Position numbers and translations under genes: made by a program. This document shows positions 12,119 through 26,500 of a stretch of DNA of 64,000 bases, piece by piece; the first letter of the stretch is position 1, and every line of letters starts with the position of its first letter. Origin of the DNA: Balanoglossus misakiensis (lineage: Eukaryota > Animalia > Hemichordata); the NCBI GenBank assembly GCA_040954595.2, contig CM082586.2:6248509-6312508 (forward strand), read 5' to 3'. Under the pieces are notes generated by a model, which worked only from the letters and a program-made list of their open reading frames with translations, was not told where the DNA came from and made no database searches.

Positions 12119-15100
12119 TCGGGTAAACAAAGGACGACCCGATGGTTTGTGGCGATCGCTCATGAGTGACCATTTCGACTAACATGGGAGTATGGGATCA
12201 AAGAATATATTTCTTGACATGCTGAATCTTCAATGAAGTTCATTTCAACAAAGTTGGTGTAAAGTGCCACCCACATGTTATATGCGTACATTGACAGTAC
12301 GGTCAGCATTTTCTTTCACGAACGGTCTTTCAAACCATTCAAATCCCTTAATATACATCCACGAAAATGGGCAGTGAAGCCGGAGAAAGGGCTTTACATT
12401 CAGTAGAAATACCTGCATTGTAAGTCGCGTGTACTTTTTCATAAATGCCTATAGTTAGTGAGTCGGGCGAAAATTCCATGGCACGCTCTCGGAAGAATGT
12501 GCTCATGGCTGCGATATTGGCGGGCTGTTTTGATTTGTTGTATTAATGCATACACACTTGAAAGGAGACCGACAGGTGGCCAAAAGCGGGGTGAAATAAA
12601 CCCACAAACAAAAACCAGTCAAGAATCAAACGTTTGACTAAGTCTCATACTGCAGAGGCGAGATGTTCTCAGGGAGTTCTTCAGCACTTTCCACAAACCA
12701 ATCAAGTGCACCTCAATCCCGACAACCACCTGTTGTTTCGCGCGCCGCCCAAGCTTTCCTCCGACCTTGACTCCATGTCGACAACGTGTTTGCTTACACT
12801 TCTGGTCTTACGCGCCTCGGGAACAGAACCTCAGAAAAATGGGTATAAAGTAACGCGGTAACCTGTGGAAATTTAGCTGCAGTTACCATGGCAAATTGAG
12901 ATCTAGCCAATCACATATTTTCAGTGGGTGGCAAACGCGAAAAAAAAGAGCTACGGAATTTTTGCCATTCGTGGACATATGTAAATTGGAGGTGACAGTG
13001 TACCTATGAAGGTGCCGCAACGCGAATACAAGACATAAGAATTTCCCCCTTGCACGTTAAAAGGGAGACTTATAATAAAACGTTTTGCGTCGATGTTAAA
13101 TATATAGACGCACACAAGTTGACCATGGGTGATTTGGCCGAATGATGGATCACTTAAAACCACGGCCACCTACGAGCGACTGTACTCGGCTGCCATTCAC
13201 ATCTTAGGTTAAACTTTGTATTTGGGTCAGGTTGTGTCAATACAAATGTACACAAGGCGAGAGACAATGCAGCCTGCACTAAAATAGTGGGGGGAAGAAC
13301 ATACCACATTCACTCTCGAACAATGACGGATCCGTCCGTACCAGTCACACCAGTTATGGTATTACCCCTGCTAGTATAAGTTCTCTCGACGTGAGTCAAC
13401 ACTGTAATCCGTCGTGCCACTTCGTGTCCGAAGGAGTGACGGAAATTGGACCGAAATGCCCCAAACCCGTCAGTAATATCAACAAACTGCTTTCCTTTGA
13501 GCAAATGAAGCCATCTACGTTTGTTTCGTAACATATGAGGTCATGTGTATTCCAGCCACGTGCTTAATATATTAGCACTGCCCTCACACTTCGGGTCAAA
13601 TAAACAGACTGTGTGTACACTGCATTGTCAGCAGGGCGTCAACCCGCTATATAAAAATGCCATGGCTGCCACAATTCAGCACCGGCTTTAAAATCAACAT
13701 TAAATCAAAAATGTTAATAAAAGACACTTTTTCTCGGCAACCAGAAATCCTGCGTTGACGAGGAACAGAGGTGCGATACGTGAAAACCTTTTTAGACAGA
13801 GTTGGACTAGATTTGTTTAACACTACCGGAAATTTCTATTTGAGAAAGGGCCTTTTAAAAATGCAGTAAATCATAATGCCGCCACTCGATAGATACTGCG
13901 TATCTTGAGCCACTCCTGGTAACACTTAAATAACTTGATGCCGTTATGCACTATACCTACTAAGTACACAAAACATACAGGTGAAATGTCAATAATTCCA
14001 TTTTACCTCTCCCAGTCGTGCAAACACTTATGGCGAATTTTTCCTATAGTATACAATTTTGAAATAGAGATAAGTACCGTATCACGAAGACAAAATAGTT
14101 TGAAAACGTACACAACAACGGTGATAAGGTTACAAGTTTGTTAACAAAATATGGGTGAGATTAGTTGTAGTTATTGGCAACGACTTGGCCAATTATCCAC
14201 GACCAGTATGCTTGTTGGAAATTGACCGACAATATGTCGTCGATGTGACCACAGACCCATACCAAACGTCGGCTTGGTCAGTCACTGTGTTAAAGGGCAT
14301 GTACGATCATAAAATGTTTGAAAAATAATTGAATGTATACTCTAGAGAACTTAAACAAACAACGGCACCTTGATTGATTGAAGTTTAGCTTGGTGGTAAT
14401 TCGATTCTATTAATAATACCGACCCCAAAAATGTTTATGTCAACGAAAGTATCCGTTTGAGTGGCATATAGCTATAGCTAGCTATCTGCGCTATTGAATG
14501 TATTTGCTTTTCTCAGGGGAGAAATAAAGGAATTTATGATTTCCTCTTGCGTGGGGCCGTATGAAATATGATGACAATGACCAGATCATTCGTGAAACAT
14601 CGTTTCGTTTGGTCCCAAGGAACATTTACCGGCGGGTATACGACACACCCGGAAATACACAACCCGGATACAAAAATCAACCGCAAGTTTTTTAGGACGG
14701 ATAGAGCAAGATGACCAGTCACGATCAATTGACACGGTCACTTTTCAAGGCCAAGGTGTCATCGTTAAAATAACATGTCTATTGTCGACAGTGTGTCAGG
14801 TGGAAAAAAGGGGGAATTGAAAAATCTCGGCGTGGATTGAATCGTGACCGTGACTGAGAAGTCACCAACACATCACGTGATATTCACAAATATTCATAAG
14901 TTTAATTGTCGTTTTGTCAGCTTTAACCCAAATATCATCGCCACTAACACTTTTGAAAGAAATTCTTTTACAATTTACAAATTATTCAATTATGTAACAA
15001 TTTCTGTTGATCTAAGAGTTTAGTAAGGCAGCTTGAAAATACTAGTATAATTGCTTTAAAGTCCCATGAGCTGCAACTCGATATAAGATTTGATAAGATT

Positions 15101-18100
15101 TAACTATATCAAGAAAACACTTATATTCATGACACAACGACCCCAAAAAATATCAGTAAAGTAGATAATTCCCGCAATTTAAAAAACATACTGCAATGAC
15201 AATGTAAGGTCACAATGGAGTACATTAGTTTTAATGTGTTCTAGTGAATGAGATCATGCTTTGTTCATGAAGTTTCAAAGAGGGGAATGCACAGAAAACA
15301 ACTGTGTCTGACAATTCCGACAATTCCATACAAGGAGTGGAGTTTCAAGTGTTTAATTTTCCTAATATCCTGCCGCAACTTGACAAAATATAGCGACCAC
15401 AGTGAGACGCATACCGCGGCAATTCCTTCGTCGGAGACAAAGGTGCACGTCTTCGTCATAAAAAAATAAGGACAGGAAATTTACATAAAGGTGTGTTGAC
15501 TCGTCGAGGAAATGAAGAGTTATACGCGATAGTTCAGCACAACTTCCGCGTGTGACGTCATACTATCAGTACTCGCATTGCCCACGGCGTGTTAGCACTT
15601 GAAGGAGAGCGTGGTACAGTATTTTTAAAAAACGAGTGATATGCAAGTTTGAATCATTGAATATTAACACTCAGTCGCGTATGGTGCGGCTTGTAGTAGA
15701 GTTTTACAATTACTGTGCACGTGCTTTTCAAAATTAACTGATTCACATGATGTATGTTTTGTTTCTTGGGGAAAGGAAAGGAAAGGCAAGACTTGACTCT
15801 TCTTTGTCGGGGCACCTCTGTATACCGATAGGTTAAGCCTGTCTGACACTGTACCGGTACGTGGGTTCCTTCCAAACCCCTGGGAGAGAAGACACATAGC
15901 AAACCACGCCTTGTTGACGACCGTCATTGGTTTGGCACGCATTCCGGACGATACAATTGTGGACAAAAGACCGCTGTATTTTCTCGTTTTCAGATCAATC
16001 GCGTTCAAAGATACATTTATCATTTGGCGTGATTTTCTCAAGGATATTAGTGTACATAGAGAATATTATAGGAAAAGGCATAGAAACCGCCTCTGCAGAA
16101 TTTATGTAAATTTGGCGTCGACGATAAATATAAACGAACTAAAATATTTCCTCTGATACGATAGTAATAATGGCGTTGATTTTGTATATAGACTGACCGT
16201 TGCGTTTGAGGATTATACCACCGTTTTCTCCAAGTATAAAAATCGATTTCGAACGGATAAAAAATAACGCTATATTTAGATATTACCACAATTAAAACCG
16301 ACTGAGACAGGTATGCAGGCATTAAGATAATTACCTGAGATATTTGCATGTTACGTATATTGCGCATATTTCTAAAGCATGTAATATATAGGCCCTATAT
16401 ATAGTGTGTATCATGTATTTGTTTTATAAGGGAGACACTACAGATAGGAAATGTAATATCTATAAATCGGTATTGAACAGTCCGGTTATCGGATTCAGTT
16501 GTATATTTTGAACATACAGTATTTCAACTGCCATGTGTGTCCTTGTGCGATCAATACACGTGAGCGGTAAATTAACAGGGCACATGTACATGTATATGTA
16601 ACGCAGTCTTACGCCATGATGTGCAAACGTTGCCTCGGTAGACAATTTGCTGCGAAATTCAATGTGCATTTTCCGCATGCGAGTTGCGGTATCGCCGGCG
16701 CGTTAAAAAGCAGCTTCCCTTGCGAAGTCGGGGTTATTTGAGTCCATGACAAGGATATATTCAAAATGCCGGGCGACAGCTGCAGGCCCGATGTTCGATG
16801 TTGTTGACAGACACGTCCGTTGAATTTACAAAACACGCTCAGCTCTGCTGTACTGTCCGGGGCTATACCACTGAACACACACAGTTTGAATGAAAAGCAC
16901 GGGCGTTCACTGTGTCTACGTACGAATGAGTCACCGTTCAAGTTGAGTTGAATAACAAAAGACGAATTAGATCGTTAGCAGGCCTTGCAGGAGGACACGT
17001 TTAATACGGGGGGCAAAATTGAGCGTCCTCGGCCAAAATGATCACCGAACCTCCACCTCCTCGACCACCATGGACAACACCCTCGGCCACTTTTCGTTGC
17101 GTGCAAAGTCACCAACGCGCGCATGTCGTCGCGGAGCGGAGACACACCTATCATTAATGCACTGTCCCTCTCCAACAACATAGCCTGACATTCAACGCGG
17201 GTCAGGCCCGTTGTAATACATAAAGCTGTAACCTTCTAATAAATGAATAGAAGGTACGCAAAATGGGTCGACGCCGACATTACTGTGAGTGGGGCAGAAT
17301 GGCGTTCCACATGGAGGGGTGTGAATAAATGCAGCGGTATATACCGCCACCTTGATCGATGACACTCCCAAAACCCGTGACACAGCGATTTCGACGTCCG
17401 TGCCCGACCCTGTCCCTACCCACCAGTATCTGACACTGTTGAACGCGTCGCCGCATGACACTCGCGACACACCGAGTAATAAGTGTTAGAGCGATCACTT
17501 ACCTGTTTTATCTATGTGGCTGTCTCTAAATTTCCACGTAGCAACAGGTGTGCGTGTCCTGTTTTTGCTGGTGTCCTCCGATAATGTGCCGTTGTAGTGT
17601 CCCAATTATAACCGTTCCCAAACTAATATACCGCTCGCGAACTATTAATATCCAACACAAGTTCTCCGATGAGTGTCACTACAAGCCATTTTGCCTTTCA
17701 ACTGACCGAACGATTGTAGTCTCCCTTTTTACGTATGTATCTATATTTGCATAACAATAGCACTTTTGTTATCAATGAGGAGAGTGCTTGTATGTTGGGT
17801 GGAGTCACTGATTCGACCGAAATGAAAGGCGGTTCATGAATAATATGAACGTCGGCATATATACATGATGTTACTACTATCAGTGTCTGTGGGAGAGAAT
17901 TTGTCGGTGTGTGGCGGTCGGAAATACCTTCGTCTTTTTACCGGATACAGTGAATTATGACTAACCGGAAGTATCCAGAGACAGATAAATCCGTCGGTAT
18001 GTGTCTGACGACTACCATTAATAATATTATATCACTTTTTTGCAAAAAAAAATGCTATACTGTCAATATTTTTGGATTGGGTCTGCTGGGGGTCATATCT

Positions 18101-19075
18101 ACAATGAAATAATTGAAGTTGTCGGTTGATTGGGATGTTGGTATATCAGGACCAGACAGATCACTCCTGAAATGGAGTGACCGTGGTGTGATGGAACATC
18201 TCACCCCAAGTCTAACTCGCTGTGGGGTACAGATTCAGTGCATCCCAACACCATGGCATTTAGCATGCAATTCTAGCCTGCAGCATGTTAGAGGCTAGGA
18301 CACCTTGTGTCCGCGCAACCAGGTAGTTATAGCACGGTTACTAAAACTATCATAAGTATCCAAGCAATGGAAGCTCCAGGCTATGGTCCACAAAAAGCCA
18401 CTGCCGCAGAAAGCATTTAGCCGTGGCCGCATAATTGCACATGTTTTAAGCTGTCATTTTGCATCATCTATATGTGTCAGGAAGCATTTTGACAGAAGTC
18501 GTCAGCACACCCACCATAGTGATGGGGGGGGGCAATTGCGCACACTCAGCTGTTCCGTCCAAACTGTCGCACTCCACCAAGTGATAAAAGACTTTGTATG
18601 ACAAGTTGCAGCATGGGCACATAGAAATTTGAGTTTCATCCATTACCGTTTCAGCACCGAATTATTTTATTGCACAACAACGCAGGAATCAATAGACTGT
18701 AAGTCTAGTCGAATACACGTTATCTAATTGCCTGTTTTGATAACGTATTTCCATAAATGTCCAATGCACAGTCACTTGTTTGCAAACAACAACTGGTACA
18801 CCAGTTCACAGAAAATGACGCAGGTTCGATATACTGTATTTGTACACATGACAGATTGCTCAATCCGCTTCGCGTGGTTATGGCAACGGTATCTAACGTC
18901 GGGAATGTTGACAATAATAATGGCGGCGCGGCGTTTTTTTTTGACAGACAATTTTTAGACACTCTGTGACCTTTGATCGTGCGGTCACTGAGATAAATAA
19001 AGCGGGGTTGTAATAAAATGGCGGGGATTGTGTGAATAAAAACCGGTCTGTGACGTAGTCTTTGAAGTAGCCTTA

Positions 19076-19138
19076 ATGTATGTATGTATGTATGTATGTA
19101 TGTATGTATGTATGTATGTATGTATGTATGTATGTATG
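19076..19138 (+). repeat. (ATGT)n microsatellite
   Basis: Perfect tetranucleotide run. Confidence 0.95.
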
Positions 19139-22100
19139 AGAGAAAGACACACAGAGAGACAGACTGGCAGACAGGAGGCAGAGGGAGGGCAGAGAAACCA
19201 TTATATTATGGCGAACATTTACTGGAAGAAATTTCAAATTCAAGTCGAGGATTTCCATCCCATTCCATGCGGTGCGTCAACGGTCACGGTATTGGCGAAG
19301 ACAGCGCCACCAGGCGTCGACTCAACAATACCTATTCTTTTCACAGAGGTTTTTAAGCAGGTCACTTCTTATTCATCGGTGTAGGTGTGCTTCGTAATAT
19401 ATTCGCACGACCCGTCAACTTTTTTGTTGTCACGCGTTGAATGCCACAGACCGGCGGAAGAAAGCGGTTTCCCTTAAGCGCCTGATTTCAAGCGGAGACT
19501 GACTTAGTGCCACCAGAGTCGATTCAACATCAAAAAAGGACGAGTGAATGTTACGACTGTGATCGCCAACGCAGGTGGGAAAAGTCGACACACGGTAAGT
19601 GGAAATTTGGGGATCACCATCACCCTCTGATAGTGACTACTCGGTTGTATTCGAAACGTGTAAACCCTGTTCCGGTTTACGGGTTTCTTGTTCGTTAACT
19701 TGCTTAGTGTGCTTTTTCATGTGACTGGGGGGAAAATTAACTATTATTCAGTGACTCTGCTTGTGTGCGTATCTTTCGTTATGCTCCAATCACGGTCATA
19801 GAATTCGATTTCAAAATGATCAACCTCAAAATACACAAGCTCAATGTGATTGTTGTGAACGGCATTCAGCCACTGGACAGGTCGTAGCCGCCCTTAGTGC
19901 GAGCTTCTTGCCTTTCAAGGCGTCCAAACAATAACAGCTTTTCACTACTGCTGAATTCACGAACGTTGGATCTGCACTGGATATAAGTGCGCCGTGCTAA
20001 GCTCGCCCCATTCTTTCAACTTAAGGTGCACTTTTTTGAGACGTTTGGCTGCAGTGAAGTATTCTGTAATCTCAATCCAGAAAAAAGGTGAAATCATGTC
20101 GCCTTCAGGGTTTCTCATATTCCGTGGCCTATTGACCGAAACTGTCTTCAGGCAAGCTTAATTCACTCTATTGTCAGAAGTAGTTTAGATTTCTGATCAG
20201 TCTGTTTCGATCCGCTCAGTCCATTGTATTACATGTACATGCTCTTCATTGATAAGTCGGTTCAATTTTTTGCTATCGTTATGATGATGCATGTCTTAAA
20301 GATGTCCAAGATTTTAAAAACAGCTGTGACTTCAGTGTTTCTTCATACCAAGCTGCTGAAGAGATCGCGACAGCATTTTATCATGACTAAATTTTGCAAT
20401 TCATGTATACATAGTTCGCTTCATGTTTCGGAGACATGTTTTTGTTTAACACTCAAAAAATTGAGAGATCATAGTTGCCGCAAAGTAAGTACGGGCTGGC
20501 AGGCGAAAACAGCGGCTGCAGCCGCGAATACTCCCGGACCGTTTCAAGCACCAACACAAACCCCCTCACCGCCGTGCCGCTTACCTCCTCCAATCGCCAA
20601 CCCACAGCCACCAAAAGTACAACTGCCTGGCTTTCTAGGTTGCATTGACCTTTCCGAAACACCCACCATGGTGTGGAATTTGGTCTGTGATCCGAAACTC
20701 AGCGAGTCGGAACTGACCAAGCGTTTCAACGACTCCTTTCTTCAACCCTGTAGTTTGGTCACCAGAACACGGCGTGTTTGGAGAAGCCATCCCAATTTGT
20801 CATCTTCACCAGACAGATTGCAGTCAGATCAAAATTTTACATAATTCCATGAAGAATCTAAGCATACTTCACCAACAGACAGTAAACAATGGTGCACAGA
20901 AGATCTACCTCATGAATCGAAATCGACTTTTAAAGTACAGCACGCGTTCACTCAAGCGACACGTTTTTGCAACTTTAAACTTTTCACCCAAAGAAAAAAA
21001 ACTCGATGCTTTGCATGGACTTAAACACGATAAAAATACACGGTACTTATTCTATCAACGCAACCGTGGGTCCATATACACTCGTAATTGATATACATGC
21101 AGACTTAAATTTCATTTGTGAATAATAATAACTTTTACACGTTCGTGGGTAATGTTACCTTGATCAGCAGAGTGGAGGACAGTTCAACATGGTTTGGGGT
21201 ATCGGCCAAGAAAATGCAGCTCCCATACGGAAGTAAAACAGGGGAAAACAGTGTCAAAGTTACAGCTAATGGACTTAAACCCATGCTTTGATATACTTTG
21301 AACCAAAGTTCGCACAGTGCAACAAACCCCGTCCATGTGAATGAATCACATAATTCATTGTGCACCGTAGACTACTTCACGATGAAAAGACGAGGCGTGG
21401 AGAGATTCCATCCACGGTGCATTGAGGCCAGCCTTAACAAGCCTTTTCAATGACAACAAGTCACCTTCATGGCATCTTTCAACCTTTATACCCTGTTGTG
21501 ACGGGTTAACCTACGCACAATCGGCTATGTCCAAATGGTATCGTGCTGTAATGCACACGCATTTTGCCTGACAGCGCGGATTTCACGCTTAGGTTTGACC
21601 TCTTTCTCCGGCTACCAGCCCGTGCGCCGGACAGTTACCCACCGATATGCCTGCAAAACATTTATTTCTTCCTATCTGTCACACTATCGTATAATTACAA
21701 AAATGCGGACCTTTTACAATCACAATCCAGCGTGTTATCTGTCACGACATGCGCAGTTGAAAACTACAGGTGACTGGCTGGTTAGAGGAGACCGCCGCCT
21801 TGTTCATTTTTCTATTCACATCCCGTTCCCCCGAACGAATATTTACAATATGTTTGCTCCACAAGATACAGTGCGAGGAAAGAAAACTGTCTGGTGGACC
21901 AGAAAGAAAAAACTGAGTAAACACGAAGAAAGGAATTCAGAAAATCCTTTTGACAATTCCACACGTTTGCGACGCAAACAACTTGCCCGCAAGGGCGTGG
22001 CCTTTCGGAGACGCTTTCTACGCCGGACACCGGGCATTCTTTGTTACAACTCGCGTGGTGACAGTACAGACCTGATTAAAACAAACATGCTTTCTCCTAG

Positions 22101-23507
22101 GTAAAATCGGTGAATCGCAATGTTTTCGTTGGGCGCCCGTAGGAGTAATTTGGCTGCTTAGCGACCGTACCACCAAGGTTCTTGTACCTATACAACAAAG
22201 GGCTCAGCTCGATTGTTCACAAGGCTAAACCGCTGTTTGCTGTCCAAGGGTACCTACCTTATCCCGGGGGCTGTGAAAACTAAAGGTTCTTATAAGATCA
22301 AAACAGCCAAATATGTCGATTATTCTCAGGACGTTTGAAAACAGAAGAATTATAGCTTGACAAGCCAATATGAAATGTAAGTTGAACTTGGTTCGAGGCT
22401 TTGAAAACAATATATTATCTGAAACATCTTGTGCGTGTGTATCGTTTTGTTTCATTTCAATCTATTTGACTTCTGTGAGCTCATCCTAGACTGAGTGAAG
22501 TCCCCGAATTCGACAATGGACAAATCTCAACACCCCAATACAATAAATATTGTATAGGTTTGGGCGGAAATATATATTGTATAATTTTTTTTATATTAAA
22601 AAACACCAGAAACGTTTCCATTTCATTATAAACAAGCCTCGACTTGTCTCTATTATTTCTTCTTACAGGAAAGATTGAAAACATGCATTGCTATTGTTAC
22701 TTGAACAATTAATGAAGATGTCTTTCAGCGTCATGGGTGAATTGGCTATTGGCCCAGCTCTTCTCAGTATCCCATCAACTGAAGCCACACCCTTGGCCAC
22801 TCGACTGATTTTCATTGTCGTTTGTATAAAACGGAAGAGATGTTGCATCGGGTGAATAATATATGGTTTAAAACCAGCCTCCCATGAATGATTGAGATTA
22901 TTGAAGCTCTTGTTGTCTTGATTATAAATTTGCCTCTCACAGGCGTTGCCACCAATCTCCGATTATTAGGGCATTGTTTACTTTCCAATCCGATCGTATC
23001 ATCTCTTAGTAACCCATGTTTATACGTGTATCCCCCCTCCCAACATAAAGTATTGAATGTGTGTCTAAATAAACATATTTTCTGCTAACACGTATGGAAG
23101 CGTGAATGTCAGCATCCGTGAGTGCACCTTTACAAGTCCACTTTGGTGGGCACCATCGCAACTCATATCGCGTATAGCACGCTTCGAGGATTGTGTCCCA
23201 CCAGACATTCTCTGTGCCCTGCCTGGCCTCGCAATAAAGTGACCCGGGCATGCCTTCTTGCCATTACTGCTGCTCCAAGCACCGCCTAATGCGGTGAGAT
23301 AATTACACTGACATGAACAGTACTTGTATTTGTTTTGGCTGGCTTTCGCATCTCCGGTCCACGCCTTCTTATACAGTGTCTGGTCTCTGCGCTGATAGTT
23401 CGATGACGTCACACTTACAAAAGCTCGTGCAAGCCTAACACACTGCACCCAAGAAAACACACACAGAAGTGAATGACGCAAAACATTTTACTTACAAACA
23501 CCAACAG

Positions 23508-26500
23508 ATGGAGAGTCACAAGCCACTGTCACTCGACTCCGAATCGCTGTCATCATCGACCAGTAGCGCTATGGGCTCCGTGGACCCCATCTACCAATAC
23601 CAAACCAGAGACGGCTGCGTCAAAACCAGGACATTTAATCACGTGATACGGTCTGGAAGCGGAGATGCTAAAAAGGCCACCTTTTTACCCGCGACGACTT
23701 CGTCGAAAACCGTTGTCTTTGTTGTCATGGCAATAGCTCTTCTCTTGGTCGTCGGTACTACGACGGTCTACATAATTGGTAATTTCTATCTGGAAGTAAT
23801 CGTGTTTAACTGCTCTGGTGTTGGTTAATTTACCATATCTAAGTGAGGAGGAGTCTCACCATGACAACTGGTGTCCATGTACATGTACATCAGGATCACT
23901 TGAATTCACTAGCTTTGACATTTTACTGAGGAACCAGACAATTCCAACAGAGTAGTGTTCTGTAAGACCTGATAGACTGAATTTATACAAATATATAAAT
24001 CTAATGACGAACATTGATCAATGGAAGTAAAATACATATTAATAACTTATTTATTGAATTTACGTTTTTTAGTGCACAGCAAACAGTCGCCAGTGACGGA
24101 CAAGGTTGTACTCACAGAAAGTAAGAATATCAAATTTTTTCATCATAAAATTTACTTCACTTCACAACCTCACAGCGTACTTATAAAATAGAGGTTTACA
24201 TTTGTCCAGAGCACTCTTGAAGAGTTGAAAAGCATATTTGCCTCACATTTTTAATCTCTTCATCTCTCACACTGTCTTTGTTTTGTAATCCCCATGTATC
24301 GTTATAATAAGTACTTTTGATTTTATTTCATAGGTGATTTAACTACACCAGGGACAGTTAATAGAGTAGTAACAATAGGCGGGTCGGTCACCATCAGCAA
24401 ACTTCAAAAGAATGATATCGATTACTCCCCGGCATTTGATGATCCCGAATCGACAGAATACAGAACTGTAGAACGCCTCTTTATTAATTTTGTAAGTTAT
24501 ACCATGGAACCATGGGTCTTCATTCATTCATTCATTCATTCATTCATTCATTCATTCATTCATTCATTCATTCATTCATTCATTCATTCATTCATTCATT
24601 CATTCATTCATTCATTCATTCATTCATTCATTCATTGACACAGTCAATCACTCACTCACTCACTCATTCATTCAATCATTCATTGTATTTTACAGATAGA
24701 CAACGCATATGCTGACAGCGACTACAGCCAGCTCTACGACAAAACGGAGGTGACAGGCTTCAGGTAAACTGTATAGGGGTTACGAAGATACCGGGAGAGA
24801 GGCAGGATTGGACAGAGAGGAGGAGAGGAGAAATGAGGGAAAGGGGAGGGGGAGAGGGGAGAGAGGGGGGAAAGCGACGAAAATGAATGAGACATTGAAT
24901 TAGTCATAATCACAATTCATAAGATAGCAAACGTTGATTACTCGTAATATTTCTTCACCCTCATCCCAAACGACAGTGCCGGAAGCCTGGTTGTCCATTT
25001 TAAGACCTATTTCAACCTTCCCGCCTCAAACATTTCTCCCGGGGCGACGGATACAGCAGACGACACCGCTCGCCAGCCTTATCTTCTAGCGGAGAGGATC
25101 AAAAACGAAATCGAAGAAGGAAGATTTTCTGAAGATTTCGATTTTAAGCGGGGAAGTTTAGCATTCGACGATGGTAAGCAAGAACAGTTTAGGTTTTTTT
25201 GTAAGCGTCTTTCCTTATTCTGTGTATTATACATGCTTGGGTTGTCATTGTAACCGTGTTAACCTAGAAATATTTGCCCCATTTTAAAAGAAAATTGCCT
25301 TCCTATATAAAGTGTTACTCATTATTACAGGAAAAAACATACAGTGTGTGCAATAGTCTGATTTGAGTAAAACTAATGGGTTGTGTTACTCTTTCATGGT
25401 CACCAGTTTCTGAAGCGACAGTGTCCTTTTCGACGGAACCTTCCCGTACTGCAACTCCGCCAGATCATACGACACTAAGGTCACTGACGACCGAGGCTAG
25501 TCACGGAACCACCGCTGCGAGTTCACAGCACCCGTCGTCGTCAACATCTGACGCTTTTGACCCCCGCACTTCTCACGACCCGTCAACCGTGCAGACTACT
25601 CAAGCGCAGCTGCCGACAGAATTCCAGTCGGGTCTTTTGACGAGACCTCCCAGCACAAAGAAAGGTGCGTACGTCGACATACGGGTCACCGACTTCGTCG
25701 TTTTATCAGGGATATGGGTGAGACGATATCAAACCAGGGCCTGGGACTTTGTTGTACATGGTAGATAAAAGAAAACTCAGAACACACAATCATGGACAGT
25801 AGAAAGTCTGTGTGGCTACCCAGGACATATGCACGCATCCCTGTTATTATTAACGCTTCGGTGATTTTCACTGGTGTCATGGAGAAATAACAACACATGC
25901 AAAAATTGAAGTCCAAGATATGTTGCAGTTACTACATTCACGTACATATTTTAAACGATCAACAGGTTGTATCTGAGTCATCATCATTAAGATTATTCCT
26001 CGTTTGAGTAATTCTGGTGATGGCTGGTGAAAATGGATAGCGACAGTAATTATCGTGGCTATAAATAGATGCAGGCAACAATGCACATGTATTTTGTTTC
26101 TTTTCAGAGTGCAAAGCAGATACGTGTAAAAACGGGGGATCTTGTGTTGAAGCAACAGGTGGCGTCATATGCAAATGCAGGGTGACCTTCAGCGGAGACT
26201 GGTGTGAAAATGAACTTGACAGGCGTACGTATTAGTTGAGATTCTGGCCTTTAGCCTTTAAGTTCGTAATCATTATCTATAATTTCTTTTCCAAGAGATC
26301 AACGACTCTCTAGTTACTTTTTTTTTCTATTTTCAGAGGGCTCTTCTCGGTGTACCATTAACCCTTGCAAGAATGGCGGCACATGTTTTGAAGATAGCAC
26401 CGGATATAAGTGTTTTTGTCCAGAAGATTGGTTAGGGAGAGATTGCAGTATAGGTAAATAGTGAAAATCATGTCACATTAAAATTTCTCCCGCTGTCGTT

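Noticed and set aside
13310-13534. Short ORFs in the interval between genes 1 and 2 (13310-13534, 17192-17470, 21535-22104, 10641-10928)
   Set aside because: No domain similarity and no consistent splice partners.
17503-17580. Strong minus-strand donor (CAG|GTAAGT at 17502) as a possible 5' UTR exon of gene 1; other candidates at 12650 (gene 1) and 22101 (gene 2, plus strand)
   Set aside because: Both genes probably have an upstream non-coding exon, but these candidates cannot be distinguished without transcript data.
19700-21100. ORF 20224-20844 and nearby coding-like stretches as a possible decayed transposon
   Set aside because: No recognisable transposase or RT motifs and no termini found.
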